Shown: one piece after another, positions 48,584 to 57,572 of the stretch
Position numbering within the stretch: position 1 is the first letter of the stretch
Layout: each line of letters opens with the position of its first letter
NCBI GenBank assembly: GCA_963749895.1
Contig: CAVVOG010000001.1
Span: forward strand, 18,068 to 82,067
Length of the DNA stretch: 64,000 nucleotides
Direction of reading: 5' to 3'
From: an uncultured Actinomycetes bacterium
GTDB lineage: Bacteria > Actinomycetota > UBA4738 > HRBIN12
Notes under the pieces: generated by a model
Databases searched by the model: none
Told to the model about the DNA's origin: nothing
What the model saw: only the letters and a program-made list of their open reading frames with translations
Position numbers and translations under genes: made by a program

Positions 48584-50182
48584 TCAGCGTTCGTCAGGGT
48601 TCTCCCGAGGGTGGACGAGGCCGAACGCGTACGCGTCGACGAGCGCCTCCCACGATGCCTCGATGATGTTCTCGCTCACGCCGACGGTGGTCCACTCGGA
48701 CTCGCCGTTCGAGGTGTCGATCAAGACCCGGACCACGGCCCCGGTACCGACGCTCTGGTCGAGCACGCGGACGCGGTAGTCCTCCAGCGACATGTGCCCG
48801 AGCTCCGGATAGTCATTCGTGAGCGCCTTGCGGAGCGCGTTGTCGAGCGCACCAACGGGCCCCTGCCCCTCCGCCGACTCGATGTGACGCGTGCCCTTGG
48901 TCCGGACCTTCACGGTCGCCTCAGCGAGCGGGCCCTCCTCGTCGCCGACCCGCTCCTCCACGTGCACGCGGTAGCTCTCGATGTCGAAGAACGGCTGCTG
49001 CCACCCCGCGGCGCGTCGCAACAGCAGCTCGAGCGAAGCCTCGGCGACGTCGAACGCATAGCCGGCGGCCTCACGGTCCTTGATCTGGGCGACCGCGGTC
49101 GGGATCGCGTCGTCGGGCATGTCGTAGCCGAACTCGGCCGCCTTCATCCGGATCGTGGCCGCACCGCCGTAGTCCGACGCCACCACCCCGCGACGGTTCC
49201 CGACCGTATCCGGCGCGACGTGCTCGTAGGCCCGGGTCAGCCGCGCGACACCGCTGGTGTGCAGCCCCGCCTTGTGGGTGAACGCGTGGCGTCCGGCGTA
49301 CGGCTGGTGCGCGTCGGGCGCCAGGTTCGCGACCTCCGCCACGTAGTGCGCGAGTTCGGTCAGGTGCTCCACGCTCCCGCCCGGGAGCGCGTCGTCGACC
49401 CCCATCTTCAGCACGAGATCGGCGGTGATCGGGATCAGGTCGGCGTTGCCGGTGCGCTCCCCGTAGCCGTTCACGGTTCCCTGCACCTGATACACGCCCG
49501 CGTCGACCGCGATCAGCGAGTTCGCCACGGCGCAGCCCGCGTCGTTGTGGACGTGGATCCCGAGCGCGACCGCCGTCTGCGCCTTGACCTCATGGACGAT
49601 CCGGGCCACGTCGAACGGGAGCATCCCCCCGTTGGTGTCGCACAGGACCAGGCGCTCCGCGCCCGCCTCCTCGGCCGCCTCGAGCACCCGCATCGCGAAC
49701 CCCGGGTTCGCGACGTACCCGTCGAAGAAATGCTCGGCGTCGAAGAAGACTCGCCGACCCTCGCGCCGGAGGAACGCGATCGAGTCTCGGACCATCTCGA
49801 CGCCCTCCTCGATCCCGGTCCGCAGCGCCTCGGTCACGTGCAGGTCCCACGACTTGCCCACCAAGCACACGACCTCGGTCCCCGTGTCGAGGAGACCGCG
49901 CAGGACCTGGGAATCCTCGGCTCGCTCCCCCGCCTTGCGCGTCATCCCGAACGACGTCAGCTGCGCGTGCTTCAGGGTCTCCTTCGTCGCGACCTTGAAG
50001 AACTCGGTGTCGCGCGGGTTCGCACCCGGCCAGCCGCCCTCGACGTAGGGGAAGCCCACCTGGTCGAGCTTGTGAAGGATGCGCAGGCGATCTTCGATCG
50101 TGTAGCTGAGGTCCGCACGCTGTGCGCCGTCACGCAGGGTCGTGTCGTACAGCTCGACGGAGGGTGTCGTCGCCTCGCTCAC
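48584..50182 (-). CDS. cimA: (R)-citramalate synthase-like enzyme of the LeuA family
   Basis: LYDTTLRDGAQ and the YVEGGWPGANPRD motif typical of CimA-type synthases. The GTG start overlaps the leuB stop (GTGA). The N-terminal 128 codons of ORF 48584..50566 belong to leuB in another frame. Confidence 0.85.
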   Translation of the reverse strand: MSEATTPSVELYDTTLRDGAQRADLSYTIEDRLRILHKLDQVGFPYVEGGWPGANPRDTEFFKVATKETLKHAQLTSFGMTRKAGERAEDSQVLRGLLDTGTEVVCLVGKSWDLHVTEALRTGIEEGVEMVRDSIAFLRREGRRVFFDAEHFFDGYVANPGFAMRVLEAAEEAGAERLVLCDTNGGMLPFDVARIVHEVKAQTAVALGIHVHNDAGCAVANSLIAVDAGVYQVQGTVNGYGERTGNADLIPITADLVLKMGVDDALPGGSVEHLTELAHYVAEVANLAPDAHQPYAGRHAFTHKAGLHTSGVARLTRAYEHVAPDTVGNRRGVVASDYGGAATIRMKAAEFGYDMPDDAIPTAVAQIKDREAAGYAFDVAEASLELLLRRAAGWQQPFFDIESYRVHVEERVGDEEGPLAEATVKVRTKGTRHIESAEGQGPVGALDNALRKALTNDYPELGHMSLEDYRVRVLDQSVGTGAVVRVLIDTSNGESEWTTVGVSENIIEASWEALVDAYAFGLVHPRENPDER

Positions 50183-51240
50183 GGGGCCGACCCCTCCACG
50201 ACCAGATCGCCGACCTCGGTCGTCGTGAAGCCCATCTGCGCCGGCGCGCATGCTCGACATCTGCGAGGTCGCGCTGCGGATCCCCCGGTCGACGTCGTCG
50301 GCCGCCTCGTCCTCGCCGAGCTGCCGCAGCAGCATCTCGAGGGCGCCGATCGCCGCGAGCGGATTGATCGTGCCCTTGCCGGTCTCACTGGGCGCGGTGC
50401 CACCGATCGGCTCGAACATCGAGACGCCGTGCGGGCTGATGTTGCCCCCGGCGGCGATCCCCATGCCGCCCTGGATCATCGCTCCGAGGTCCGTGATGAT
50501 GTCGCCGAACATGTTGTCGGTGACGATCACGTCGAACCGGCCGGCGAGTCCAGGAAGTAGATGCACGCTGCGTCGACGTGGACGTAGTCGGTCTCGACGT
50601 CCGGGTACTCGAGGCCGACCGCGTCGACGACCCGCTGATAGAGGTCCCCGGCGAACGTCAGCACGTTCGTCTTGTGGACGAGCGTGACCTTCTTCCGGCG
50701 GCCGGGCCGCATCGCCAGATCGAAGGCGTAGCGGACGATCCGCTCGACCCCGTGGCGCGTGTTGACCGACTCCTGCACCGCGACCTCGTGCGGCGTGCCC
50801 TTGCGGTGGAACCCGCCGGCCCCGCTGTACAGGCCCTCCGAGTTCTCACGCACGACGATCATGTTCACGTCGTCCTCGGTATGGCTCGGTACCAGCGTCT
50901 CGACGCCCGGGTAGCGCACGACCGGTCGCAGGTTGACGTACTGGTCCAGCTCGAACCGGATCCGCAGCAGGAGGTCTCGTTCCAGGATCCCCGGCTTCAC
51001 CCGAGGATCACCGACCGCCCCGAGGTAGATCGCGTCCATCGAACGGAGCCGCTCGAGCTCGTCGTCGGGAAGGACCTCACCGGTGCGGAGGTACCGGTCG
51101 GCGCCCAGGTCGAAGTCCACGAGCGTCACCCCGAAGCCGTGACGCTCCCGTACCGCCTCGAGGACCTTGAGCCCCTCGCCGATCACCTCCGGTCCGGTGC
51201 CGTCGCCGGCGATCACCCCGATCGTGTGGGTCCGGGTCAC
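50179..51240 (-). pseudogene. leuB: 3-isopropylmalate dehydrogenase gene split over three frames (two compensating frameshifts); either a pseudogene or assembly indels
   Basis: The N-terminal 237 aa (ORF 50527..51240) end at a stop after [14 protein letters not shown]. The middle segment [13 protein letters not shown]...GTINPLAAI continues in a second frame (ORF ..50566). The C-terminus ..[13 protein letters not shown] returns to the first frame (ORF 50179..50403). Confidence 0.8.
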
Positions 51241-52784
51241 GGGGTGACCTCGTTCGACTGCGCGGCGTCCTTCGCCTGGACCTGGAGGGCGCGGTTGATC
51301 GCGGCCAGGTAGGCGCGGGCGCTCGCCTCGACGACGTCGGTGGCGACCCCGCGGCCGGTGACGCGCCGGCCGTCGACGTCGAGCTGGACGACGACGTCGC
51401 CGAGCGCGTCGGACCCGCCGGTGACCGAGGAGACGTTGAAGCTCACGAGACGCGCCTCGATCCCCGACGCGCGCGCGATCGCACCCATCGCGGCGTCGAT
51501 CAACCCATCGCCGATCGCCGACTCCTCGACCGTCTCGTCACCCTTCTTCAGGTGAACCGTGGCGCGCGGCTGGAGATGGGTACCGCCCCCGACGACCACC
51601 GATTCGAGCACGAAGAGGTCCTCCTCGGCCGATCCGAGCTCCTCGGCCACGATCGCGGCCAGGTCCTGGTCGGTCAGGCTGATCTTGCGGTCCGCGAGAT
51701 CCTTGAACCGCGCGAACGCGCGGTTCAAGGGCGCCTCGTCCAGGGTGATCCCCAGCTTGTCCAGCGCGTCGACGAACGCATGGCGGCCACTGTGCTTGCC
51801 CAGGACCAGACGGTTGCCCTCCAGCCCGATCTCGAGGGGATCCATGATCTCGTAGGTCTCGCGGTTCGCGAGCACACCGTGCTGGTGGATCCCGCTCTCG
51901 TGCGCGAACGCGCTGGACCCGACCACGGCCTTGTTCGGCTGGACGCCGTACCCGGTGGTCATGCTCACCAGCCGAGAGGTCCGGGTGATCTCCTTGATGT
52001 TCAGCCCGTGGGTCACGCCTAGGTGCTCCCGACGGGTCCGCACGATCATCGCGATCTCCTCGAGCGAGCAGTTGCCCGCCCGCTCGCCGATCCCGTTGAC
52101 CGCGACCTCGACCTGACGCGCGCCGTTCTCGATCCCGGCGAGCGCGTTCGCGACGGCGAGCCCCAGGTCGTTGTGGCAGTGGGTCGAGATCACGACCTCG
52201 TCCGGGAGGTCGTCGCGGACGATCCGGATCAGTTCGCCGAACTCGCTCGGCGTGGCGTACCCGACCGTGTCGGGAACGTTGATCGTCGTCGCCCCGCAGC
52301 GCACCGCGAGGCGATAGCACTCGAGCAGGAAGTCGAGCTCGGTGCGGGTCGCGTCCTGCGCCGAGAACTCGACGTCGTCGGTGTAGGTCTTCGCGAGCTT
52401 CACGTTGTCCTCGATCGCCTGCAGGACCTGCTGGTTCGACATCTTGAGCATCGCGCCCATCTGGATGTCGCTCGTCGAGATGAACGTGTGGATCCGCCAG
52501 CGCTCCGCGCCCTTGAGGGCCTCGGCCGCGCGCTCGATGTCGCCGGTCGCGGTGCGGGCGAGCGCGGCGATCACCGGCCCCTTCATCGAGTCGGCGATCT
52601 CGCGGACGGCCTCGAACTCACCCTGCGACGAGATCGGGAACCCGGCCTCGAGGATGTCCACCTGCAGCCGCGCGAGCTGCTCGGCGATCTCCACCTTCTC
52701 GGGGCGGGTGAGCGCGATCCCGGGGGCCTGCTCCCCGTCGCGAAGGGTCGTGTCGAAGATCCGGACTACGTCAGCGTCGGTCAT
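51237..52784 (-). CDS. leuA: 2-isopropylmalate synthase (short bacterial type)
   Basis: [11 protein letters not shown], HxH metal site and a LeuA dimerisation/regulatory C-terminal domain. RBS GGAAGG. The ATG overlaps the ilvC stop (ATGA). Confidence 0.9.
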   Translation of the reverse strand: MTDADVVRIFDTTLRDGEQAPGIALTRPEKVEIAEQLARLQVDILEAGFPISSQGEFEAVREIADSMKGPVIAALARTATGDIERAAEALKGAERWRIHTFISTSDIQMGAMLKMSNQQVLQAIEDNVKLAKTYTDDVEFSAQDATRTELDFLLECYRLAVRCGATTINVPDTVGYATPSEFGELIRIVRDDLPDEVVISTHCHNDLGLAVANALAGIENGARQVEVAVNGIGERAGNCSLEEIAMIVRTRREHLGVTHGLNIKEITRTSRLVSMTTGYGVQPNKAVVGSSAFAHESGIHQHGVLANRETYEIMDPLEIGLEGNRLVLGKHSGRHAFVDALDKLGITLDEAPLNRAFARFKDLADRKISLTDQDLAAIVAEELGSAEEDLFVLESVVVGGGTHLQPRATVHLKKGDETVEESAIGDGLIDAAMGAIARASGIEARLVSFNVSSVTGGSDALGDVVVQLDVDGRRVTGRGVATDVVEASARAYLAAINRALQVQAKDAAQSNEVTP

Positions 52785-53795
52785 GCCGGCGGTACCTTCC
52801 TGTCGCTGTCCAACCACGGCATCATCTGGCGCAGCTCGCGCCCCACCTGCTCGAGCTGGGACGTCTGCGCCTCGCGCCGAAGTCGCAGGAAATCGGGGAA
52901 CCCCGCGTCGGCCTCGGCGATCCACCGCTGCGCGAACGTGCCGTCCTGGATCTCGGTGAGGACCTGCTTCATCTGCTGACGGGAGTGCTCGTCAACCACA
53001 CGAGGGCCGCTCTGGTAGTCGCCCCACTCGGCGGTGTCGGACACGCTGTAGCGCATCCACGACAGCCCGCCCTCGTAGATCAGGTCGATGATCAGCTTCA
53101 GCTCGTGGAGGCATTCGAAGTACGCGATCTCCGGCTGGTAGCCAGCCTCCACGAGCGTCTCGAAGCCGTTCCTGATCAGCTCGGAGATGCCGCCGCACAG
53201 GACGGTCTGCTCACCGAACAGATCGGTCTCGGTCTCCTCCTTGAACGTCGTTTCGATGATGCCGGCGCGCGCGCACCCGATCCCGGCGCCGTAGGCGAGC
53301 GCGCGCTCCCGCGCCTTCCCGGTCGCGTCCTGCTGCACGGCGACCAGGCCGGGCGTGCCGATCCCCTGCTCATACGTGCGGCGGACGAGGTGCCCGGGGC
53401 CCTTCGGCGCGATCATCGTGACGTCGACCCCCGCGGGCGGCACGACCGTCCCGAAGTGGACCGAGAATCCGTGGGCGAACATCAGCATGTCCCCGTCCTT
53501 CAGGTTCGGGGCGATGTCCTCGGCGTAGACCTTCGCGTGGGAGGTGTCCGGGAGCAGGCACATCATCGACGTCCGCCTCGGCGACGGCCTCCGCGGTGTC
53601 GAGGACGCGCAGACCGGCCTCCTCGGCCGTCGCGCGACTCGCCGACCCGGGGCGCAGCCCGACCCGAACGTCGTACCCGCTGTCCTGAAGGTTCTGGGCG
53701 TGGGCATGACCCTGGGAGCCGAAGCCGAGGACCGCGATCTTCTGCCCGGTCAACGCGGAGGCGTCGGTGTCATTCTCGTAGTAGATCGTCGCCAT
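52781..53795 (-). pseudogene. ilvC: ketol-acid reductoisomerase gene with one apparent frameshift near 53565-53575; a pseudogene or an assembly indel
   Basis: N-terminus [36 protein letters not shown]...AEADV lies in one frame (ORF 53370..53795). [22 protein letters not shown]... to the C-terminus lies in another (ORF 52781..53707). The overall length is not a multiple of 3. Confidence 0.8.
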
Positions 53796-53841
53796 CTGAC
53801 TCCGTTCCTTCCTGTGTACGGCCTGTGAGGTGAGGTGGACG

Positions 53842-54372
53842 TCAGCCGATCGCGCTCTTCAGGACGCGTTCGCGGATCCCGCGATCGCCACGCGCCAGGG
53901 CGATGCGACCCGTCCGCGAGAGCTCCACGATCCCGAAGTCCTCGACCAGCTCGAGCAGCGCCTGGAGCTTGTCCGGCTTGCCGGTCGCCTCCAAGGTGAG
54001 CGTCGCGTGCGTCACGTCGACGATGTTCACCCGGAACACCTCGGCGATCTCCATCACGCGGGCCCGGGCATCGCCGGAGGCACGCACCTTCACCAACATC
54101 AGCTCGCGCTCGACGGCCGAGCCCGGCTCGTGCTCGAGGATCTTGATGATGTTGATCAGCTTGTTCAGCTGCTTCGTGACCTGCTCCAACGGCTTCATCT
54201 CGACGTTGACGACGATCGTCATCCGTGAGACGCCGGGGGTCTCGGTGGCCCCCACCGCGAGCGAGTCGATGTTGAACCCGCGGGCCGCGAACAGCCCCGC
54301 CACGCGGGTCAACACACCGGGCTTGTCCTCGACGAGTACCGAGATCGTGTGCAGCGCATCGCCGTTCGTCAT
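53842..54372 (-). CDS. ilvN: acetolactate synthase small (regulatory) subunit
   Basis: ACT domain [33 protein letters not shown]; the ATG overlaps the ilvB stop (ATGA). Confidence 0.9.
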   Translation of the reverse strand: MTNGDALHTISVLVEDKPGVLTRVAGLFAARGFNIDSLAVGATETPGVSRMTIVVNVEMKPLEQVTKQLNKLINIIKILEHEPGSAVERELMLVKVRASGDARARVMEIAEVFRVNIVDVTHATLTLEATGKPDKLQALLELVEDFGIVELSRTGRIALARGDRGIRERVLKSAIG

Positions 54373-56117
54373 GCGATCGGAGCCTCCGAAGGGTCGGTGG
54401 TGGGCTGGACCTGCTCGGGCCCGAGGATGATGTCGTCGTTCGAGGCGCCGGAGGGCACCATCGGGAACACCATCTCGCCGGGGTCGACGCGGAAGTCGAT
54501 CACCACGCTCCGATCGGTGATCGCGTACGCCTTCTCGATCGCCGCATCGACCTCGTCGGGACTCTCCACCCGAAGCCCGACCGCGCCGTAGGCTTCGGCC
54601 AACTTCACGTAGTCGGGCACGTTGGGGTCGAGCCACACGCCCGAGTAGCGCTCGTCGAAGAACAGCTCCTGCCACTGGCGGACCATCCCGAGGTACCCGT
54701 TGTTCAAGATCGCCGTGACGAACGGGATGTCCTCGGTCCGGCTGGTCGCGAGCTCCTGCGCCGTCATCTGGAAGCAGCCGTCGCCGTCGATCGCGACCAC
54801 ACGCTTCTTCGGCTGGCCGACCTTCGCGCCCATCGCCGCCGGGACCGCGAAGCCCATCGTGCCGAGACCGCCGGAGTTGATCCAGTGCCGGGGCCGCTCG
54901 AACCGCCAGTACTGCGAGGCGTACATCTGGTGCTGCCCGACGCCGCTGACGAGGATCGTGTCGGCGTCCGCCAGGGCGTGCAGCCGCTCGACGCAGTGCT
55001 GTGGCTTCAGCAGCCCGTTCGAGGTGTCGTACCGGTAGGGGTACGTCTCCTGCCACTCCTTCAGCTGGGCGAGCCACGCAGATCGGTCGGGGACCCCACC
55101 CGCCTCGTCCTGGCGCTTCACGAGCTCGGCGGCGAGCTTGCCGATCACGTCCTTGCAGTCGCCGACGATCGGCACGTCGACCACGCGGTTCTTGCCGATC
55201 TCGGCCGGATCGATGTCGACGTGCACGACCTTCGCATGCGGAGCGAACCCGGCCAGCTTGCCGGTGACACGGTCGTCGAAGCGCGCGCCCAGCGCGACCA
55301 GCAGGTCAGCCTTCTGCATCGCGGTGACGGCCGTGTAGTTCCCGTGCATCCCGGGCATACCCAGGCAGAGCTCGTGGGAGTCGGGGAACGCGCCGCGCGC
55401 CATCAGCGTCGTGACGACCGGGAGCTTCCCCGTCGTGGCGAGCTGGAACAGCTCCTTATGGGCGTCAGCCTTGATCACGCCGCCGCCGACGTACAGCACC
55501 GGCCGCTTGGCCTTGAGGATCATCTTCACGGCCTCGCCGATCTGACGGGCGTTGCCCTTCGTCGTGGGCTTGTAGCCGGGCAGCGAGACCCGATCCGGCC
55601 ACTTGTAGTTCACGTCGGCGATCAACACGTCCTTCGGCAGGTCAATCACGACCGGACCGGGGCGGCCGGTGCTGGCGATGTGGAACGCCTCGCGGACCGT
55701 CTCGACGATCTGCGCGGGGTCCTTCACCAGGAAGTTGTGCTTCGTGACGGGCATCGTGATGCCGGTTACGTCGGCCTCCTGGAACGCGTCGTTGCCCACG
55801 ACCGGGGTCGGGACCTGGCCGGTGATCGCGACGATCGGGACGGAGTCCATCTTCGCGTCGGCGAGGGGGGTGACGAGGTTCGTCGCCCCGGGCCCGGACG
55901 TGGCCATGCACACGCCGACCTTGCCGGTCGCCCACGAGTAGCCCTCGGCGGCGTGCCCGGCGCCTTGCTCGTGGCGGCACAGGATGTGGCGGATCGGGCT
56001 CTTGTCGACGAGCGGGTCGTAGATCGGCATGCTCGCCCCGCCCGGGATGCCGAAGATGACCTCGACCCCCTCCTGCTCGAGGGCCTTCAGCAGCGCCTCC
56101 GCGCCGGTCATCTTCAT
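54369..56117 (-). CDS. ilvB: acetolactate synthase large (catalytic) subunit
   Basis: ThDP enzyme. [27 protein letters not shown] start with AGGAGGTG upstream; GDG...NN ThDP motif. The upstream 137 codons of ORF 54369..56528 are discarded. Confidence 0.9.
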   Translation of the reverse strand: MKMTGAEALLKALEQEGVEVIFGIPGGASMPIYDPLVDKSPIRHILCRHEQGAGHAAEGYSWATGKVGVCMATSGPGATNLVTPLADAKMDSVPIVAITGQVPTPVVGNDAFQEADVTGITMPVTKHNFLVKDPAQIVETVREAFHIASTGRPGPVVIDLPKDVLIADVNYKWPDRVSLPGYKPTTKGNARQIGEAVKMILKAKRPVLYVGGGVIKADAHKELFQLATTGKLPVVTTLMARGAFPDSHELCLGMPGMHGNYTAVTAMQKADLLVALGARFDDRVTGKLAGFAPHAKVVHVDIDPAEIGKNRVVDVPIVGDCKDVIGKLAAELVKRQDEAGGVPDRSAWLAQLKEWQETYPYRYDTSNGLLKPQHCVERLHALADADTILVSGVGQHQMYASQYWRFERPRHWINSGGLGTMGFAVPAAMGAKVGQPKKRVVAIDGDGCFQMTAQELATSRTEDIPFVTAILNNGYLGMVRQWQELFFDERYSGVWLDPNVPDYVKLAEAYGAVGLRVESPDEVDAAIEKAYAITDRSVVIDFRVDPGEMVFPMVPSGASNDDIILGPEQVQPTTDPSEAPIA

Positions 56118-56437
56118 CCCGCCGCCACCTCCTCGGGACGGTCCTCGACGGGACCGGTCTCGACCCGCCGGACCTGCGCCTGCAGGCGGTGCGCCAGGTT
56201 GCGGCACGCCCGCTCGAACTCCCAGGGGGTCCAATCCCGGCGCCGGGTCTGCAGGACGTCGGGTTCGGTCTCCTCGGAGAACCCGAACCCACCGCCCAGG
56301 TAGGTCACCTCGGAGGCGAGGTAGCGGTCGACGACGGCGCGCGTGGACGGGTCGGCGGCCTCGACGGTCACCTGCGCGGGCCCCTCCCACAGCACGCTCG
56401 CGACCACGGTTCCGTCTCGCTCGAACTCGTACCGCAT
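56114..56437 (-). CDS. small hypothetical protein (107 aa) between the attenuator and ilvB; its stop overlaps the ilvB start (ATGA)
   Basis: Strong RBS GGAAGGAG 6 nt before the ATG at 56437; [19 protein letters not shown]...; no recognisable domain. Confidence 0.5.
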   Translation of the reverse strand: MRYEFERDGTVVASVLWEGPAQVTVEAADPSTRAVVDRYLASEVTYLGGGFGFSEETEPDVLQTRRRDWTPWEFERACRNLAHRLQAQVRRVETGPVEDRPEEVAAG

Positions 56438-56499
56438 GGTGCGCTCCTTCCGTGGCCGGCTCCCGTGGACCCGGCGGTGCTCCGACGATCGGCGGGTAG

Positions 56500-56541
56500 A
56501 AAAAACCCCCCGCGGCGGCGAGGGGCATCTGGCGCGGGGGG
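56500..56541 (-). terminator. intrinsic terminator/attenuator hairpin (CCCCCCGCG-N18-CGCGGGGGG followed by a T6 run on the minus strand) in the ilvB leader
   Basis: Read directly from the sequence (coordinates +/-1). It lies between the leader peptide ORF and the first structural genes. Confidence 0.6.
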
Positions 56542-56568
56542 TCATCGGGCCTCTCGGCCCGCCCGCGC

Positions 56569-56622
56569 CTAGGCGATAAGTACCAGGGTGCTGCGACCCG
56601 TGATCACGGTGCTCGTATGCAT
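56569..56622 (-). CDS. candidate ilv-leu attenuator leader peptide [17 protein letters not shown] (17 aa, rich in Val/Ile/Leu/Thr)
   Basis: Short ORF ending about 25 nt upstream of the terminator hairpin. The same reading frame appears as the tail of the spurious ORF 56569..57609. Confidence 0.5.
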   Translation of the reverse strand: MHTSTVITGRSTLVLIA

Positions 56623-56697
56623 GTCCGTCGGACAGTGTGGGCGCGCGGTGCGGAGCGTGTCAACCTCGGCGGCCCAAGGCTCACGTAGCATCACGGG

Positions 56698-57525
56698 ATG
56701 TTCACGAACCACGTACTCGACGCCGGCGGGGTGCGCTGCCGCGTCCTGGTGGACGGGTGGCGCGCCGTATCGCCTCGGTTCGTGTTCCGCGGGTACGACG
56801 AGGACGTCCACGGGCCGCTCGTGCGCCCCGGGATGGACGCGGACGGACTCCTGCCCGGCCGTTTCGCGGCGCTGCTGATCGAGAGCCCGGACGGGCTGGT
56901 CCTGGTGGATGCGGGCATGGGGCCGTTCGCGGGCGAGATGGAGGCCGGCCGGCTCACGGGGGAGCTCGACGCGCTCGGCATCTCCCGGACCGACATCGGG
57001 ACCGTCGTCGTCACCCACGGACACGCCGACCACGTCGGGGGGCTCGTCACGAACGACGGCGTCCCCGCCTTCTACGAGGCACGACACCTCGTCCACCCCG
57101 CCGAGCTGGCCTTCTGGCGCTCTCCGGCGGCCCGGGAGCTGCCGGGCGACGCGGGCGAGCCCGCCCGGGTCGCCTTCGGTGCCCTGCGCGCCGGCGGCCT
57201 CCTGGACGAGGCGACCGGCGGAGCGCCGGTCGCCTCGGGCGTCCGGATCCTCGAGGCCCCCGGGCACACCCCCGGCCACCTCGCCGTCGTGGTCAACGAC
57301 GCGCTGCTGTGGGCCGGCGACGCGATCGTCCACCCGGTCAACGTGCCGCATCCCGAGTGGGTGAGCGCCGCCGACATGGACGCTCGCAACGCCCAGACCC
57401 GCGTGGAGCTGCTCGAACGCGCCGCCGACGACCGGCTCATGCTGGCGGGAAGTCATCTGCCCGTCGAGGGCACGGTCCGCCGCGAGGCGGCCGGATTCGC
57501 GTTCGACATCGCGTCGCCCGGTTGA
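56698..57525 (+). CDS. MBL-fold metallo-hydrolase (lactonase-like), paralogue of the gene at 27489..28352
   Basis: THGHADHVGG motif and the ...APGHTPGH... ligands. It is divergent from the ilv leader. Confidence 0.8.
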   Translation: MFTNHVLDAGGVRCRVLVDGWRAVSPRFVFRGYDEDVHGPLVRPGMDADGLLPGRFAALLIESPDGLVLVDAGMGPFAGEMEAGRLTGELDALGISRTDIGTVVVTHGHADHVGGLVTNDGVPAFYEARHLVHPAELAFWRSPAARELPGDAGEPARVAFGALRAGGLLDEATGGAPVASGVRILEAPGHTPGHLAVVVNDALLWAGDAIVHPVNVPHPEWVSAADMDARNAQTRVELLERAADDRLMLAGSHLPVEGTVRREAAGFAFDIASPG

Positions 57526-57572
57526 CCCGGGTGACCACCCCGAAGCCGGTCCGGCTAGCATGGGGGTACCCG

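Noticed and set aside
48584-50566. Apparent LeuB C-terminus fused to the citramalate synthase in one 660-aa ORF
   Set aside because: Not a true fusion. The LeuB C-terminus is in a different frame (ORF 50179..50403) ending at a TGA that overlaps the GTG start of cimA (GTGA). The run-on is a by-product of the leuB frameshift and absent stops in GC-rich DNA.
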